From Candidatus Nomurabacteria bacterium (lineage in GTDB: Bacteria; Patescibacteriota; Dojkabacteria; SC72; JAHDCA01): DNA of 64,000 nucleotides. The translations under genes and the position numbers were made by a program. The notes beneath the pieces are model-generated. The model was not told where the DNA came from. It was given only the letters and a program-made list of their open reading frames with translations, and made no database searches. Position 1 is the first letter of the stretch. Each line of letters opens with the position of its first letter. Positions 28,047 to 37,844 of the stretch are shown here, one piece after another. The stretch is taken from assembly GCA_020632375.1 (NCBI GenBank), contig JACKFR010000001.1, positions 85,106-149,105 on the forward strand, written 5' to 3'.

Positions 28047-28958
28047 ATGATTAGTGATCCAAGGTACATCAAAAAGCTTGCCGATAAAAAGATTCTTCCA
28101 CTGTATTCTTCACTTGATCGCCCTGTTTCGCCTGGTGAGTACTCAATCTCTGGCTTGCTAAAAAATGAAGGTGGAAAATTAATCCTGTTGAATTATGCTC
28201 AGATTATTTCACTCCACGTTAAGCCTTTATCAAACTTTGTCTTTTGTCGAAGTGAAGAGCTCCGTGATGCGCTGATAGTAGGCCTTTTGGGAAGCGATCT
28301 ACGTACTACTTATGATCAAGCATGGAGTACTTCGCAGCTTCCCAATTGGATGGCAAAAGAGAAGGGGAGGGTAGAGACTGATTCTTTTTTGAGAAATGCT
28401 GGCGATGAGATTTTCCCAGAGCAGCTTATTGAATACGCGTGCTCGAAAGGATTGCATGATATTGTGTTTACCTATTCTGAACCTGTTGTTAATCTTGACT
28501 ATATTCTAGATGTTGTCGTAGCAAGTCGTAAATCCGGAATTAGGCTTCACCTCGTCACGAATGGGTTTATGACTACAGAGATTAGAGAAGATATTCTTCA
28601 GGCGGACTTAAACCTTTTATTTAAGCTGCCCAGCTCAGAAGATCAATTTTTTCTGAAGCACTGCAAAACAAGAGTGGGTCCTCTTAAAGAAAATATCTGC
28701 TGGTTTCATTCTCATTCTACCCCTATCCAGATTGAGACGCTTTTGATACCTGAAGAAAACACTTCTCCTGGTCAGCTAAGAAATATTGCGCAATTCATAC
28801 AGTCAATTGATGTTGAAGTCCCGTGGATATTGCGAAGATTTTACCCAGCATATAGAATTCTAGACAAGAACCTTACCACTGATGAATTGCTGCAATCGGC
28901 AGAATCTTTAGGGAAAGAGGCAGGTTTGAAAAATATTCAGATAATAACCGAAAGATAA
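28047..28958 (+). CDS. AmmeMemoRadiSam-type radical SAM homolog lacking the CxxxCxxC cluster motif
   Basis: Collinear with the PflA-like radical SAM family (KNEGGKL, SLHVKPL, IVFTYSEPV, LVTNGF, IETLLIPEENTS, VPWILRRFYPAYR, GKEAGLKNI). The cluster position reads GSDLRTTYDQAW. Only 4 Cys in the whole protein. Confidence 0.75.
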   Translation: MISDPRYIKKLADKKILPLYSSLDRPVSPGEYSISGLLKNEGGKLILLNYAQIISLHVKPLSNFVFCRSEELRDALIVGLLGSDLRTTYDQAWSTSQLPNWMAKEKGRVETDSFLRNAGDEIFPEQLIEYACSKGLHDIVFTYSEPVVNLDYILDVVVASRKSGIRLHLVTNGFMTTEIREDILQADLNLLFKLPSSEDQFFLKHCKTRVGPLKENICWFHSHSTPIQIETLLIPEENTSPGQLRNIAQFIQSIDVEVPWILRRFYPAYRILDKNLTTDELLQSAESLGKEAGLKNIQIITER

Positions 28959-28986
28959 TTTTCAAATAAATTTATTATTTTACATC

Positions 28987-29583
28987 ATGGAGCTAAAGAA
29001 TATTAAAGTTAACTTTATTGGAATGGATCCAAGTGACGCTCTTTCTAAATCGGTGCTTGAAAAACTTGAACGACATGATTATCTGATTGACCATGTCACA
29101 AATGGAGAAATAAACATGATTGAAAATACATCCCATCGGGGTGTTTCGCATGACTTTAAGCTGGAGATCACTCTTAATGTGCCGAGGACTAGAGTTCATG
29201 TTGAAGAAACTGGCGAAGACATGTACAACCTAGTTGATTCAGTAACTGAAAAAGTCGTGAGAATGCTTCAACGCTATCATGATAAGCTTCAGCAGTGGGA
29301 AGGAAAAAAACAATGGGTAGTTTCTGAATCTGAAGAGCAAGGAGTTACGGATACGGCTGATTTAGATGGAGGTGATTTTGTTGACTACACTCCGAAGATT
29401 TCGCGCCGTGAAACCCTTACAGATCAGGCGCCTATGGAAGAAGCAGAAGCGATAGAAAGAATGGAGCTTCGAGGACACTTACAAATACTCTTTAAGAATA
29501 AACAGACAGGAAATATTTGTATGGTTTACAAACGGAGAGATGGTACGTATGCCATTGTAGAAGGAGTCGCTGATTCCGTTTAG
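28987..29583 (+). CDS. hpf: Ribosome hibernation promoting factor, long form
   Basis: N-terminal S30AE/RaiA-like domain and C-terminal dimerisation domain (AIERMELRGHLQILFKNKQTGNICMVYKRRDGTYAIVE). Confidence 0.8.
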   Translation: MELKNIKVNFIGMDPSDALSKSVLEKLERHDYLIDHVTNGEINMIENTSHRGVSHDFKLEITLNVPRTRVHVEETGEDMYNLVDSVTEKVVRMLQRYHDKLQQWEGKKQWVVSESEEQGVTDTADLDGGDFVDYTPKISRRETLTDQAPMEEAEAIERMELRGHLQILFKNKQTGNICMVYKRRDGTYAIVEGVADSV

Positions 29584-29600
29584 CCGATTCTTACAGATAA

Positions 29601-29624
29601 AAAAGGACCCTCTCGGATCCTTTT
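29601..29624. terminator. Bidirectional intrinsic terminator between convergent genes
   Basis: AAAAGGACCC-TCTC-GGATCCTTTT: 9 of 10 bp stem, flanked by an A-run and a T-run. Confidence 0.6.
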
Positions 29625-29646
29625 CAATTAACTTCTGTCGGAGCTA

Positions 29647-30486
29647 TTACTTCTTTGACTTGAGGTCGTCAAACAGATTCTGGACTATATTTCTTGTCAC
29701 TTTAAGGAAGGCATATTTCACATTGTCTTCGTAATTATTCTGAATTACAGCATCAGTCTCTTTCTCGTCTAGCCATGATTGATAATTTTCATTAAATTGC
29801 TGGTTGTAGTAAAGCTGCTCAACATCAGTTTTAACATCATCATATTTGTCGCTGTCTGAGAAATACACTGCTTTATACTGGGTGAAAAAGTCTTTTAATG
29901 TTTTTTCGTCAGGCTTATCAACTACAAGTTTTTGAGCCAAGAGTCTAACTTTAAGATCTCTTCGGTAAATCTCGTCTGTAAGACCATTGGCCTCTAGAGC
30001 ATCTTTATATGCTTGTTCGCTGCCCAGCTCATCTATTGCTTTTTGGACAAAATCATCTACTTCATTATCGTCTACTGTAATTTTTTCTTTCGCCGCTTCC
30101 TGCTCTATTACTGCCGTATCAATAAGATTCTGCGCTGTTTTCTCTCCTGCAACTTCTTCAAGTCTTTGAGCATACTCTCTGTGCGAGATTCTCTCGCCAT
30201 TTACAACTGCAATGCTGTAGCCGTTATTTAAGTATTGCACAAAATAATCTACAAGGACAAAGGCTGCGATTACGACTAAAACCCATCCAAGAGTTTTTAG
30301 AAGCTTTTTATTTTCTTTTATAGACCTTAAGTTTATACCTTTAAGGTTTATCTTAGGCATTTTTAACGACATCTTTCTATTAGTCTCTGGTGTCGCTTTA
30401 GCAGACTTAGACTCTTGGGTATTAGCCCTAGTAGACTTTGGTTTAGAAGTCCTACTCTTGGCAGTCTTTGGGGATGTTCTCGCCAT
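29647..30486 (-). CDS. Membrane-anchored SurA-N/PpiD-like chaperone-domain protein (no PPIase domain seen)
   Basis: Lys-rich N-terminus and one TM helix. Then VVNGERISHREY...IDTAVIEQEAAKEKITVDDNEVD, typical of the SurA N-terminal domain. Confidence 0.5.
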   Translation of the reverse strand: MARTSPKTAKSRTSKPKSTRANTQESKSAKATPETNRKMSLKMPKINLKGINLRSIKENKKLLKTLGWVLVVIAAFVLVDYFVQYLNNGYSIAVVNGERISHREYAQRLEEVAGEKTAQNLIDTAVIEQEAAKEKITVDDNEVDDFVQKAIDELGSEQAYKDALEANGLTDEIYRRDLKVRLLAQKLVVDKPDEKTLKDFFTQYKAVYFSDSDKYDDVKTDVEQLYYNQQFNENYQSWLDEKETDAVIQNNYEDNVKYAFLKVTRNIVQNLFDDLKSKK

Positions 30487-30567
30487 AACAATTTGTTAAT
30501 AATTTATAAAAGTAATCTATAAGATATCGGAATAGTTTATCAGAATATGGGACATGAATAAAGCTGG

Positions 30568-31905
30568 TTACTTGAGGTGTAAATACAGTGAGGTTTCACC
30601 ATTTCCATGATCTACGATAACATAGTGTCCCCCGCATACATCTGTAGAGACTTTTGAAACCATACCATCTTTTATTGCATAAACAGGAGCACCTTCACCT
30701 GTCAGACTTCTCCATCCTGCAGGTATGACGTATCCCAAGCAGTTGATCTCTTCTCCCCAGTAAAGTTCACCGCTTTGATCCCCATAACCGGTACTTACGA
30801 GATCAATGAAATAACAACCAAGCCCCCCGGAACAGTGATAACTCTGAGTAAGTACTCCTCCCGCTAGAGGTTGGTTTGCAAGACCAGACCCGACCGGTTG
30901 TCCGAGTGCTCCGCCTGTAAAATACCCACTTCCAAAAGGATCTAGCGCTCCATAATTGATCCCCATGTGAAGGTGCGAAGCCGTTGCAACTCCGGTATGT
31001 CCTTGGAAACCTACAATATCTCCTTTTTTGACCGGTGTGTCTGTCGGAATCTGGCCTTCGTTAAACAGTCGTAAAATCGCTTGAGTTATTACAGAGGTGA
31101 TTTCGTCTTCTACCTTTTTTAATTTAGCAAACTTTGTCTCATATTCTACTTGTCGGCTTTTTGACTCAGCTAAAAGCACCTGTTGCTCACTTTTTTGTTT
31201 GCTTAAGTTTGCTTTTTGGTTAAACAGCTCTGATTTTTTTATCTCGCTCTGATCGCGAATGTCTTGCACTTTAACTTTTCTATCTGCGAGTGTTTGTTTC
31301 TCTTCCGATAATTTTGCTCGTTGCTCACTCATTCCATTAAGAAGATCCTGATCTCTTTCTCTTGTTTTTTTGAGATATTGAATTTGTCTTGAAAGCGAAT
31401 CAAAGTCATTTAGTGAAAAAAGTAATTCTAGAGGTGATGTTGTAGAAAATTTGTAAGAAAGTGCTACTGTTTCTTTAATCGATTGTTCTAGCCTGTCGAT
31501 TTCTTGAGAAGCTGTATCAATTTCATTTTGTAAAGCCTCGATTTCTTTTGTTAGGATTTTTATTTCAACTGAATTAGACTCGATCTCTAACTCTAATTGC
31601 TTGATTGTCGCTTCTGTAGAAGCAATTTGTGAAGTGTAATAGTCGATCTGCCCATATAGTGAAAGCTGCGCATACTCTTCTTCTGAGATCTTTTTGTTTA
31701 AATTTTTCTTTTCTTCTGAAATCTGAGTCGCCTGTTCTTGAAGAAATTGCAAGCAGTCTTGATCTGACATTGTCTCTGGACACGTTGTTTGGTATGCAGT
31801 GGCAATATTGTTTAGAGAAGTAGCATCAAGCATCAAGAAAAGCGATGCCAGAAATCCCACGAATACTAGTTTTAAGGGACTTTTTTTAATTTGCTTTCTC
31901 CACAT
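30568..31905 (-). CDS. Coiled-coil protein with an M23/LytM-like domain (EnvC-like), M23 motifs in permuted order
   Basis: Signal or anchor sequence, about 250 aa of heptad-rich coiled coil. Then VKKGDIVGFQGHTGVATASHLHMGI (normally the C-terminal M23 motif), followed by GAPVYAIKDGMVSKV...GGHYVIVDHGNGETSLYLHLK (normally the N-terminal half) at the very C-terminus. Confidence 0.75.
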   Translation of the reverse strand: MWRKQIKKSPLKLVFVGFLASLFLMLDATSLNNIATAYQTTCPETMSDQDCLQFLQEQATQISEEKKNLNKKISEEEYAQLSLYGQIDYYTSQIASTEATIKQLELEIESNSVEIKILTKEIEALQNEIDTASQEIDRLEQSIKETVALSYKFSTTSPLELLFSLNDFDSLSRQIQYLKKTRERDQDLLNGMSEQRAKLSEEKQTLADRKVKVQDIRDQSEIKKSELFNQKANLSKQKSEQQVLLAESKSRQVEYETKFAKLKKVEDEITSVITQAILRLFNEGQIPTDTPVKKGDIVGFQGHTGVATASHLHMGINYGALDPFGSGYFTGGALGQPVGSGLANQPLAGGVLTQSYHCSGGLGCYFIDLVSTGYGDQSGELYWGEEINCLGYVIPAGWRSLTGEGAPVYAIKDGMVSKVSTDVCGGHYVIVDHGNGETSLYLHLK

Positions 31906-31911
31906 TTAAAC

Positions 31912-32850
31912 CTATGTCTCTTTTAGGTTAAGTTGAGCAAAGACAGTTACATAGCTGCTGACCATTCCGAGAAGAAGGCCTGCTACTAGGTGTAAACCAA
32001 AAAATTCAAGCAAAAATGTTGTGCTCATTTTTTCTAAGAAAGTAAGAGACAGCTCTTTGAGTATGAGATCAGTAATAAAGCTTAAATCATTTGATGCCGG
32101 ATTATGTAAAAAGTAAGACCATGCCCCTAAAATGAGTCCAGCTGCAAGAAGCGAGCCTAAAACAGTGTATAGCGTCCCCTCAAGAATAAATGGTGCCTTA
32201 ATATGCTTATCCGTACTTCCAACAAGATGCATAATCTCAATCTCGCTGGTATGTGACCGAATGTTAAATGCGATTGTGATTGCAATCAGTGCAACCGTTA
32301 TTGAAACAAATATGCTTATTGTGATAATTGCACCAATCCCGATTGTAAGAGAAATCGATTTAAGCTGGTCTACAATATCTTCTCGAAACTGTACATCTTC
32401 AATGTATGGGTTCAGTTCCTGCTCATTTTTAATAAAGTTGGTAATCTTGCTGAGATCATCAAGAGAGCTTGCTTTTATTTCGAGGCTTGCTGGAAACCAG
32501 TCTGCATATGTAGAATCTATCAGGCTCGAGTCCGCATCGTAGTAACCAATATACTCGGTATAGAGCTTAAGCGCTTCTTCTTTGTTTATATAGTTTATCT
32601 CTGCAACCCCATCGATATCTTCTATCTTTGTTCTCAGTTCGGTTATTGCGTCTTCCGGAGTATCAAGTTGGAAAAAGATTCGTACCTCGGCTTTTGTTTC
32701 AGCAACTTTAACAGCTCTTTGAGCAACAAATGACATTGATATAAAGAATGATGCTGTCGCAAAAACAATAAAACTGACCATTATAGTAGCCAGCGCAAGC
32801 CATTTATTTCTGATAATATTTTTGATTGTTGACCTAATAATATTTATCAC
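31912..32850 (-). CDS. ftsX: Cell-division ABC transporter permease-like protein FtsX
   Basis: N-terminal TM helix, large extracytoplasmic loop, three C-terminal TM helices. Lies directly downstream of ftsE. Confidence 0.8.
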   Translation of the reverse strand: MINIIRSTIKNIIRNKWLALATIMVSFIVFATASFFISMSFVAQRAVKVAETKAEVRIFFQLDTPEDAITELRTKIEDIDGVAEINYINKEEALKLYTEYIGYYDADSSLIDSTYADWFPASLEIKASSLDDLSKITNFIKNEQELNPYIEDVQFREDIVDQLKSISLTIGIGAIITISIFVSITVALIAITIAFNIRSHTSEIEIMHLVGSTDKHIKAPFILEGTLYTVLGSLLAAGLILGAWSYFLHNPASNDLSFITDLILKELSLTFLEKMSTTFLLEFFGLHLVAGLLLGMVSSYVTVFAQLNLKET

Positions 32851-32892
32851 TGTTGGGGTTGCTAATTTAGATATTCACTTAAAGCATTCTGC

Positions 32893-33579
32893 CTAATATC
32901 CTCCATTGCCATCTGAAACTACCTTTCCTTCTTTCATCTTTATAACTCTTGTTTTCATATGGTCAACAATTTGCTTGTCGTGTGTGATTACCATAACTGT
33001 TGTGCCCCATGAGTTGACTGTTTTTAATAAATCTACAATCCCTGCCGCAGTATCTTGGTCTAGATTCCCAGTTGGCTCATCAGCAATGAAAACTTTTGGA
33101 TCATTTGCGAGAGCTCTTGCTATAGCTGTTCGCTGTTTTTCACCTCCTGAGAGCTGCTCTGGAAAAAGATCGCTTCGCTCTGAAAGACCAACAACTTCAA
33201 GCAAGTAGTCGGCTGTTTCTTTTTTTTCATGTTTCTTTTTGCCGATTATATCTAGTGCGAATTCTATATTTTCTCGAACAGTTTTAGACGGGATTAGCTT
33301 TAGGTCTTGAAACACAACCCCTAGTTGCTGTCTGTAGATTGCTAGCATCTGTCTAGGGATTTTTGTAACATCGATTTCTTCAAAAACAATTTTTCCTAGA
33401 GTAGGAAATTCTTGACGGATAAGGAGTCTAATTAGAGTACTTTTACCTGCTCCAGAAGGACCCACAACAAAGAAAAATTCGCCCGAATTAACACTAAATG
33501 AAACGTCATCAAGAGCGATAATTTCACCTTTATATTTTTTGCTGACTCTATCGAAACTAATTATTGATTCGGTTGGCAT
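32893..33579 (-). CDS. ftsE: Cell-division ATP-binding protein FtsE
   Basis: Walker [10 protein letters not shown], signature LSGGEKQR, Walker [12 protein letters not shown]. Confidence 0.9.
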   Translation of the reverse strand: MPTESIISFDRVSKKYKGEIIALDDVSFSVNSGEFFFVVGPSGAGKSTLIRLLIRQEFPTLGKIVFEEIDVTKIPRQMLAIYRQQLGVVFQDLKLIPSKTVRENIEFALDIIGKKKHEKKETADYLLEVVGLSERSDLFPEQLSGGEKQRTAIARALANDPKVFIADEPTGNLDQDTAAGIVDLLKTVNSWGTTVMVITHDKQIVDHMKTRVIKMKEGKVVSDGNGGY

Positions 33580-33655
33580 AATTTCCAGGCAGGTTAGTTA
33601 TTTATGACTGTTGTTATATTACCCGATCCGACCGACAGTAGCAATTCTATGCCGT

Positions 33656-34732
33656 TTATAGCCGGACTTCTGCGTCTATAAAGATATCAAGATCTCCATC
33701 AAGGACTGCATCAGGGTTATTAACCTCAACTTTTGTTCTAAGATCTTTCACCATTTTATAAGGATGAAGGACATAATTTCTGATCTGATTGCCCCATGCT
33801 GCTACTTTGTGTTTCCCCTTTATCCTAGTCAATTCTGCCTCTTTCTTTTCTTCTTCAATCTGCCATAATTTTGCCTTAAGAATATCCATCGCATTTTTTC
33901 TGTTTTGAGCTTGGCTGCGACTTTCTGAATTATGAATTGTAATCCCCGAAGGAGTATGAGTAATCTGTACTGCTGATGAAGTCTTGTTCACATGTTGCCC
34001 ACCTGCTCCACCAGACTTAACAGCTTTAAATTCTATATCAGAATCTGGGATTACAATCTCGTCACTTTCTTTGTCTATAACTGGAATTACTTCTACTCCC
34101 GCGAATGAAGTTTGTCTTAAATTTTGAGCATTAAATGGAGAGAGCCTAATTAGTCTATGAACACCTGTTTCCTTTTTGAGAAGTCCAAACACATACATGC
34201 CATCGATTTTTATAGTAACAGAAGAAATTCCTGCTTCCCCTCCAGATACCATATGTTGTACAGAATAGTGCCAGCCTTTTCTCTCGCAATATCTGGTATA
34301 CATTCTCATAAGCATTTCAGCCCAGTCATTCGCTTCATCTCCGCCTTGTCCAGCGTGAATAGACAAGTAAGCTCCATTCTTGTCATACTTGCCAGACAGA
34401 AATTTCAGAGTTTGAAATTTATCAAACCGTTCATAAAGCTTCTGAAGTTCTGTTAGAAAATCTTCATCTTTTCCTCCGACCATGTCAAAAAGCTCAAGCA
34501 AAGTTTCAATGTCTTTTTGGAGTTGTTCAGACTCGTTGATTTCATTTTGTATTGAGTTTATTTCAGAAGTAATAGCTGTAGCTCTTTTTTGATCTTCCCA
34601 AAAATCCGAAGCAAGAGATTGTGTCTTGAGCTCAGCTAGTTTTGAGGCCTTCTCTTTGAGTGATAGACTTTCTATTGTTGCTGAGATGTCGTTTTTAAGT
34701 TGTTCTAAGTCTTTTTTGGTAACCTCTTCCAT
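33656..34732 (-). CDS. prfB: Peptide chain release factor 2 (single uninterrupted ORF)
   Basis: SPF tripeptide (RLSPFNA) and GGQ motif (SGGAGGQHVNKT). The N-terminal region is continuous, so no frameshift site. Confidence 0.9.
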   Translation of the reverse strand: MEEVTKKDLEQLKNDISATIESLSLKEKASKLAELKTQSLASDFWEDQKRATAITSEINSIQNEINESEQLQKDIETLLELFDMVGGKDEDFLTELQKLYERFDKFQTLKFLSGKYDKNGAYLSIHAGQGGDEANDWAEMLMRMYTRYCERKGWHYSVQHMVSGGEAGISSVTIKIDGMYVFGLLKKETGVHRLIRLSPFNAQNLRQTSFAGVEVIPVIDKESDEIVIPDSDIEFKAVKSGGAGGQHVNKTSSAVQITHTPSGITIHNSESRSQAQNRKNAMDILKAKLWQIEEEKKEAELTRIKGKHKVAAWGNQIRNYVLHPYKMVKDLRTKVEVNNPDAVLDGDLDIFIDAEVRL

Positions 34733-34755
34733 AATGAGTTATTATATCATTCATA

Positions 34756-36414
34756 ATGTTCAATAAAATCTTTTCTCTCTTCAAAATTGGTCTTTTTAAA
34801 GAATCCGAACCTTTAAAGATACGCAAGGATCTAGTAACTTTAATCGTGCTCGATGGCTTCGGAATCTACCCTGATCCATTGGGTAATTCTATAGTCCAGG
34901 CCAAGACACCTTTTTTAGATACTATCTGGAGCAAAGGGCATTCTACGCTTCTTTATGCTTCCGGAACGCATGTTGGTTTACCCGAAGGAGAGTTTGGCAA
35001 TTCTGAAGTAGGCCATTTGAATATGGGTTCAGGTCAAGTAGTGTATCAGAGCTTGCCAAGAATTAATGATGCTATTAAATCAGGTCGTTTTGATAAAAAC
35101 CCCGTTTTGCGAAAAACTTTTGAAGAGGTTAAAAAGCGCGGAACAGATCTGCATCTAATGGGAATTTTAAGTAACGGTGGTGTACACGGACACATCAATC
35201 ACCTTTTTGCACTTATGGAAATCTGCAAAAAAGAAGAGATTAGCCCAATGATTCATATCTTCCTTGACGGTAGAGATACCAATTACAATTTAGGCAAGTC
35301 TTTTGTTGAAGAGCTTTTGAATAAGATCACAGAGCTTGGTATTGGAAGAATTGCGTCGATTTCAGGGAGATGGTATGCGATGGATCGTGACAGAAAGTGG
35401 GATAGGACTGAAGTTGCGTATAATGCAATGGTTGGCAATACCGATAAAGTAATAAGTGACCCATTGAAAGCCGTGCAAGATGCTTATGATGCCGGATTGA
35501 ATGACGAGACTTTCTATCCAGTCGCAGTAAGTGATAGAGAAGGTGAGCTAATCGGGCCTATTAGAGAAGATGATGTAGTTCTTTTTTATAATTTTCGTGA
35601 AGACAGAGCACGTCAGATTACAAAATCATTTGTCCTCAAGAATTTCTCATATTTCCATACTGATCAAAATGTAAAGAATCTTTACTTTGTAACAATGACT
35701 GGTTATGAAGATGGCCTCCCGACCAAAGTAATTTTCCCGCCAAAGAAAATTGAAGAATCACTCGCTCGAATAATTTCTGCAAAAGAGTTAAACCAATTCC
35801 ATATTAGCGAGACAGAGAAGTATATGCATGTAACGTATTTTTTAAATGGTGGTATTGAAGATCCCCATCCAGGAGAAGACTTTTTTAATGTGCCCTCGCC
35901 TAATGTCCCCAATTATGCTGATACCCCTAAAATGAGTGCACAAGAAACGACAGATGAGCTGGTTGACAGACTTAAGAAAAACCATCAATTTAAATACTCT
36001 TTTGCAATTATTAATTACGCGAATCCAGATATGTTAGGTCATACCGGAGATTTAAAATCGACTATACAAGCGAATGAATTCGTAGATAATTGTGTCGAAA
36101 GAGTCGTTACAGAAACCTTAAACCAGGGCGGGTGTGCGATTATTACCGCAGATCACGGAAATTGCGAGACAATGATTGATCGGGATACAGGTGAAGTGAA
36201 TACCTACCATACAGGAAATCCTGTTCCATTTATCATCGTCGAAAGTTTAGATCAGATCCGACTAAAGAAAAATGATTCTATTTGCAAAATCGGAACTGGA
36301 AGAGAGGCTCCCGTTACTGGAATGCTTGCAGATGTTGCACCTACAATCTTGGCTATTCTTGGTATTGATAAGCCAGAGTCAATGTCTGGCTTGGATCTTT
36401 TGAAAGTCCTTTAA
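34756..36414 (+). CDS. gpmI: 2,3-bisphosphoglycerate-independent phosphoglycerate mutase
   Basis: LIVLDGFG, GNSEVGHLNMGSG, NGGVHGH and ADHGN motifs. Confidence 0.9.
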   Translation: MFNKIFSLFKIGLFKESEPLKIRKDLVTLIVLDGFGIYPDPLGNSIVQAKTPFLDTIWSKGHSTLLYASGTHVGLPEGEFGNSEVGHLNMGSGQVVYQSLPRINDAIKSGRFDKNPVLRKTFEEVKKRGTDLHLMGILSNGGVHGHINHLFALMEICKKEEISPMIHIFLDGRDTNYNLGKSFVEELLNKITELGIGRIASISGRWYAMDRDRKWDRTEVAYNAMVGNTDKVISDPLKAVQDAYDAGLNDETFYPVAVSDREGELIGPIREDDVVLFYNFREDRARQITKSFVLKNFSYFHTDQNVKNLYFVTMTGYEDGLPTKVIFPPKKIEESLARIISAKELNQFHISETEKYMHVTYFLNGGIEDPHPGEDFFNVPSPNVPNYADTPKMSAQETTDELVDRLKKNHQFKYSFAIINYANPDMLGHTGDLKSTIQANEFVDNCVERVVTETLNQGGCAIITADHGNCETMIDRDTGEVNTYHTGNPVPFIIVESLDQIRLKKNDSICKIGTGREAPVTGMLADVAPTILAILGIDKPESMSGLDLLKVL

Positions 36415-36435
36415 TTAATTTATTTAAGTAACTAA

Positions 36436-37113
36436 ATGGAGATTCAGTTTATAGCTCAATCTGGATTTATTATTACTCTCGATAACGGAGAAGTATTAAC
36501 AATAGATCTTTGGTCAGAAAATCCTGTTTATCCAGTTAAAGTTAAAAATGTTCCTAAAACAAACTACATTTTTATAACACACGATCATAGTGATCATGAT
36601 CTTCCGACTGGTTTGGAGTTAGCGAAGAGAGATAAAAGCTTTTTTCTCTCAAATTACGAAATAGCAAGAAAAGCATCTTCAGAAGGCCTCTCGAACGCTG
36701 TTTCAGCAAATATAGGTTCGTTATTTGAAGTAGGTGGTATTAAGGTTGCATTGGTTCATGCCGAACATAGCAGCGATACCGGACTGCCTGTTGGGTTTAT
36801 TATTAAAACTGAAAAGTTTACGATTTATCATATGGGGGATACAGGTTATTTCACTGGACTTGATGTGCTATCTGAAATCTACGATATTGACATTTTGATG
36901 GTTCCAATAGGCGGTACATATACAATGAGCCCTGTTGAGGCATCTTATGCTGTCCGAGATATAAATCCTACTTGGGTCATTCCGATTCATTACAATACTT
37001 TTCCTAAAATTTCACAAGATCCGGAAGATTTTAGATCTCGTGTCAAGAATGTCGCACCCGCAACTAAAGTGATTATCATGGAACCAGGCCAAGTCTGGAA
37101 CGTTCCAGCATAG
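36436..37113 (+). CDS. Metallo-beta-lactamase-fold hydrolase (UPF0173-like)
   Basis: HxHxDH motif (THDHSDH) and a later His/Asp pattern (HMGDTG, IPIHYNTF). Confidence 0.75.
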   Translation: MEIQFIAQSGFIITLDNGEVLTIDLWSENPVYPVKVKNVPKTNYIFITHDHSDHDLPTGLELAKRDKSFFLSNYEIARKASSEGLSNAVSANIGSLFEVGGIKVALVHAEHSSDTGLPVGFIIKTEKFTIYHMGDTGYFTGLDVLSEIYDIDILMVPIGGTYTMSPVEASYAVRDINPTWVIPIHYNTFPKISQDPEDFRSRVKNVAPATKVIIMEPGQVWNVPA

Positions 37114-37119
37114 TCAAGA

Positions 37120-37782
37120 CTACCAGTCAATTGGTTCTTTATCATTTAGGATAAGAAACTTATTAGCTTTACTGAAGTGACTACTGCCAAAAAAACCGTT
37201 ATGTGCTGAAAATGGCGATGGGTGAGCTGAACGTAGTATATAGTGCTTCTCTTCATCTATCATGGAGCCCTTTTTCTGTGCGTAAGCTCCCCACAACATA
37301 AATACAAGCCCATCTCTTTTTTCTGATAGTACTTTAATGACAGCATCGGTAAATTCTTCCCAACCTTTATTTTGATGTGATCCTGGACTTTTTGCTCTTA
37401 CGGTTAATGTCGCATTAAGTAGCAGAACTCCCTGTCTTGCCCATCTTTCAAGATTTCCTGATTCTGGAGATTTTTTACCAAGATCGTCTTCAACCTCTTT
37501 AAATATATTTTTTAGTGAAGGAGGCATCGCGACTCCATCTGCTACAGAAAAGCAGAGACCATTTGCCTGACCGATACCGTGGTAAGGGTCTTGTCCTATT
37601 ATTACGACTTTAACCTCTTCAAATGGTGCGAATTCAAAAGCTCTAAAGATTTCCTTCGGCGGGGGGTACACTGTTTGGCTTTTATATTCTCTTTTTACAA
37701 AACCGACCAGCTCCTTGAAGTAAGGCTTTTTGAACTCTTCTGTCAAATACGGTTTCCAAGTTTTGTCTATTCTTACATCCAT
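37120..37782 (-). CDS. ung: Uracil-DNA glycosylase, family 1
   Basis: VVIIGQDPYHG, GLCFSV, LLLNATLTV and HPSPFSA motifs. Confidence 0.9.
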   Translation of the reverse strand: MDVRIDKTWKPYLTEEFKKPYFKELVGFVKREYKSQTVYPPPKEIFRAFEFAPFEEVKVVIIGQDPYHGIGQANGLCFSVADGVAMPPSLKNIFKEVEDDLGKKSPESGNLERWARQGVLLLNATLTVRAKSPGSHQNKGWEEFTDAVIKVLSEKRDGLVFMLWGAYAQKKGSMIDEEKHYILRSAHPSPFSAHNGFFGSSHFSKANKFLILNDKEPIDW

Positions 37783-37844
37783 ACTGTAAGTATATCATTC
37801 CGGGCTGAGGTATAATTAAATCTATAATCTTGAACAAGTTCTAA

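Noticed and set aside
33656-34732. Possibility of a programmed +1 frameshift in prfB, or of an alternative genetic code (UGA reassignment) as in some CPR lineages.
   Set aside because: prfB is a single continuous ORF with an intact N-terminal region. RF2 itself is present, and TGA terminates clearly recognisable genes (for example the hybrid kinase at 6470-6472). Standard code 11 applies.
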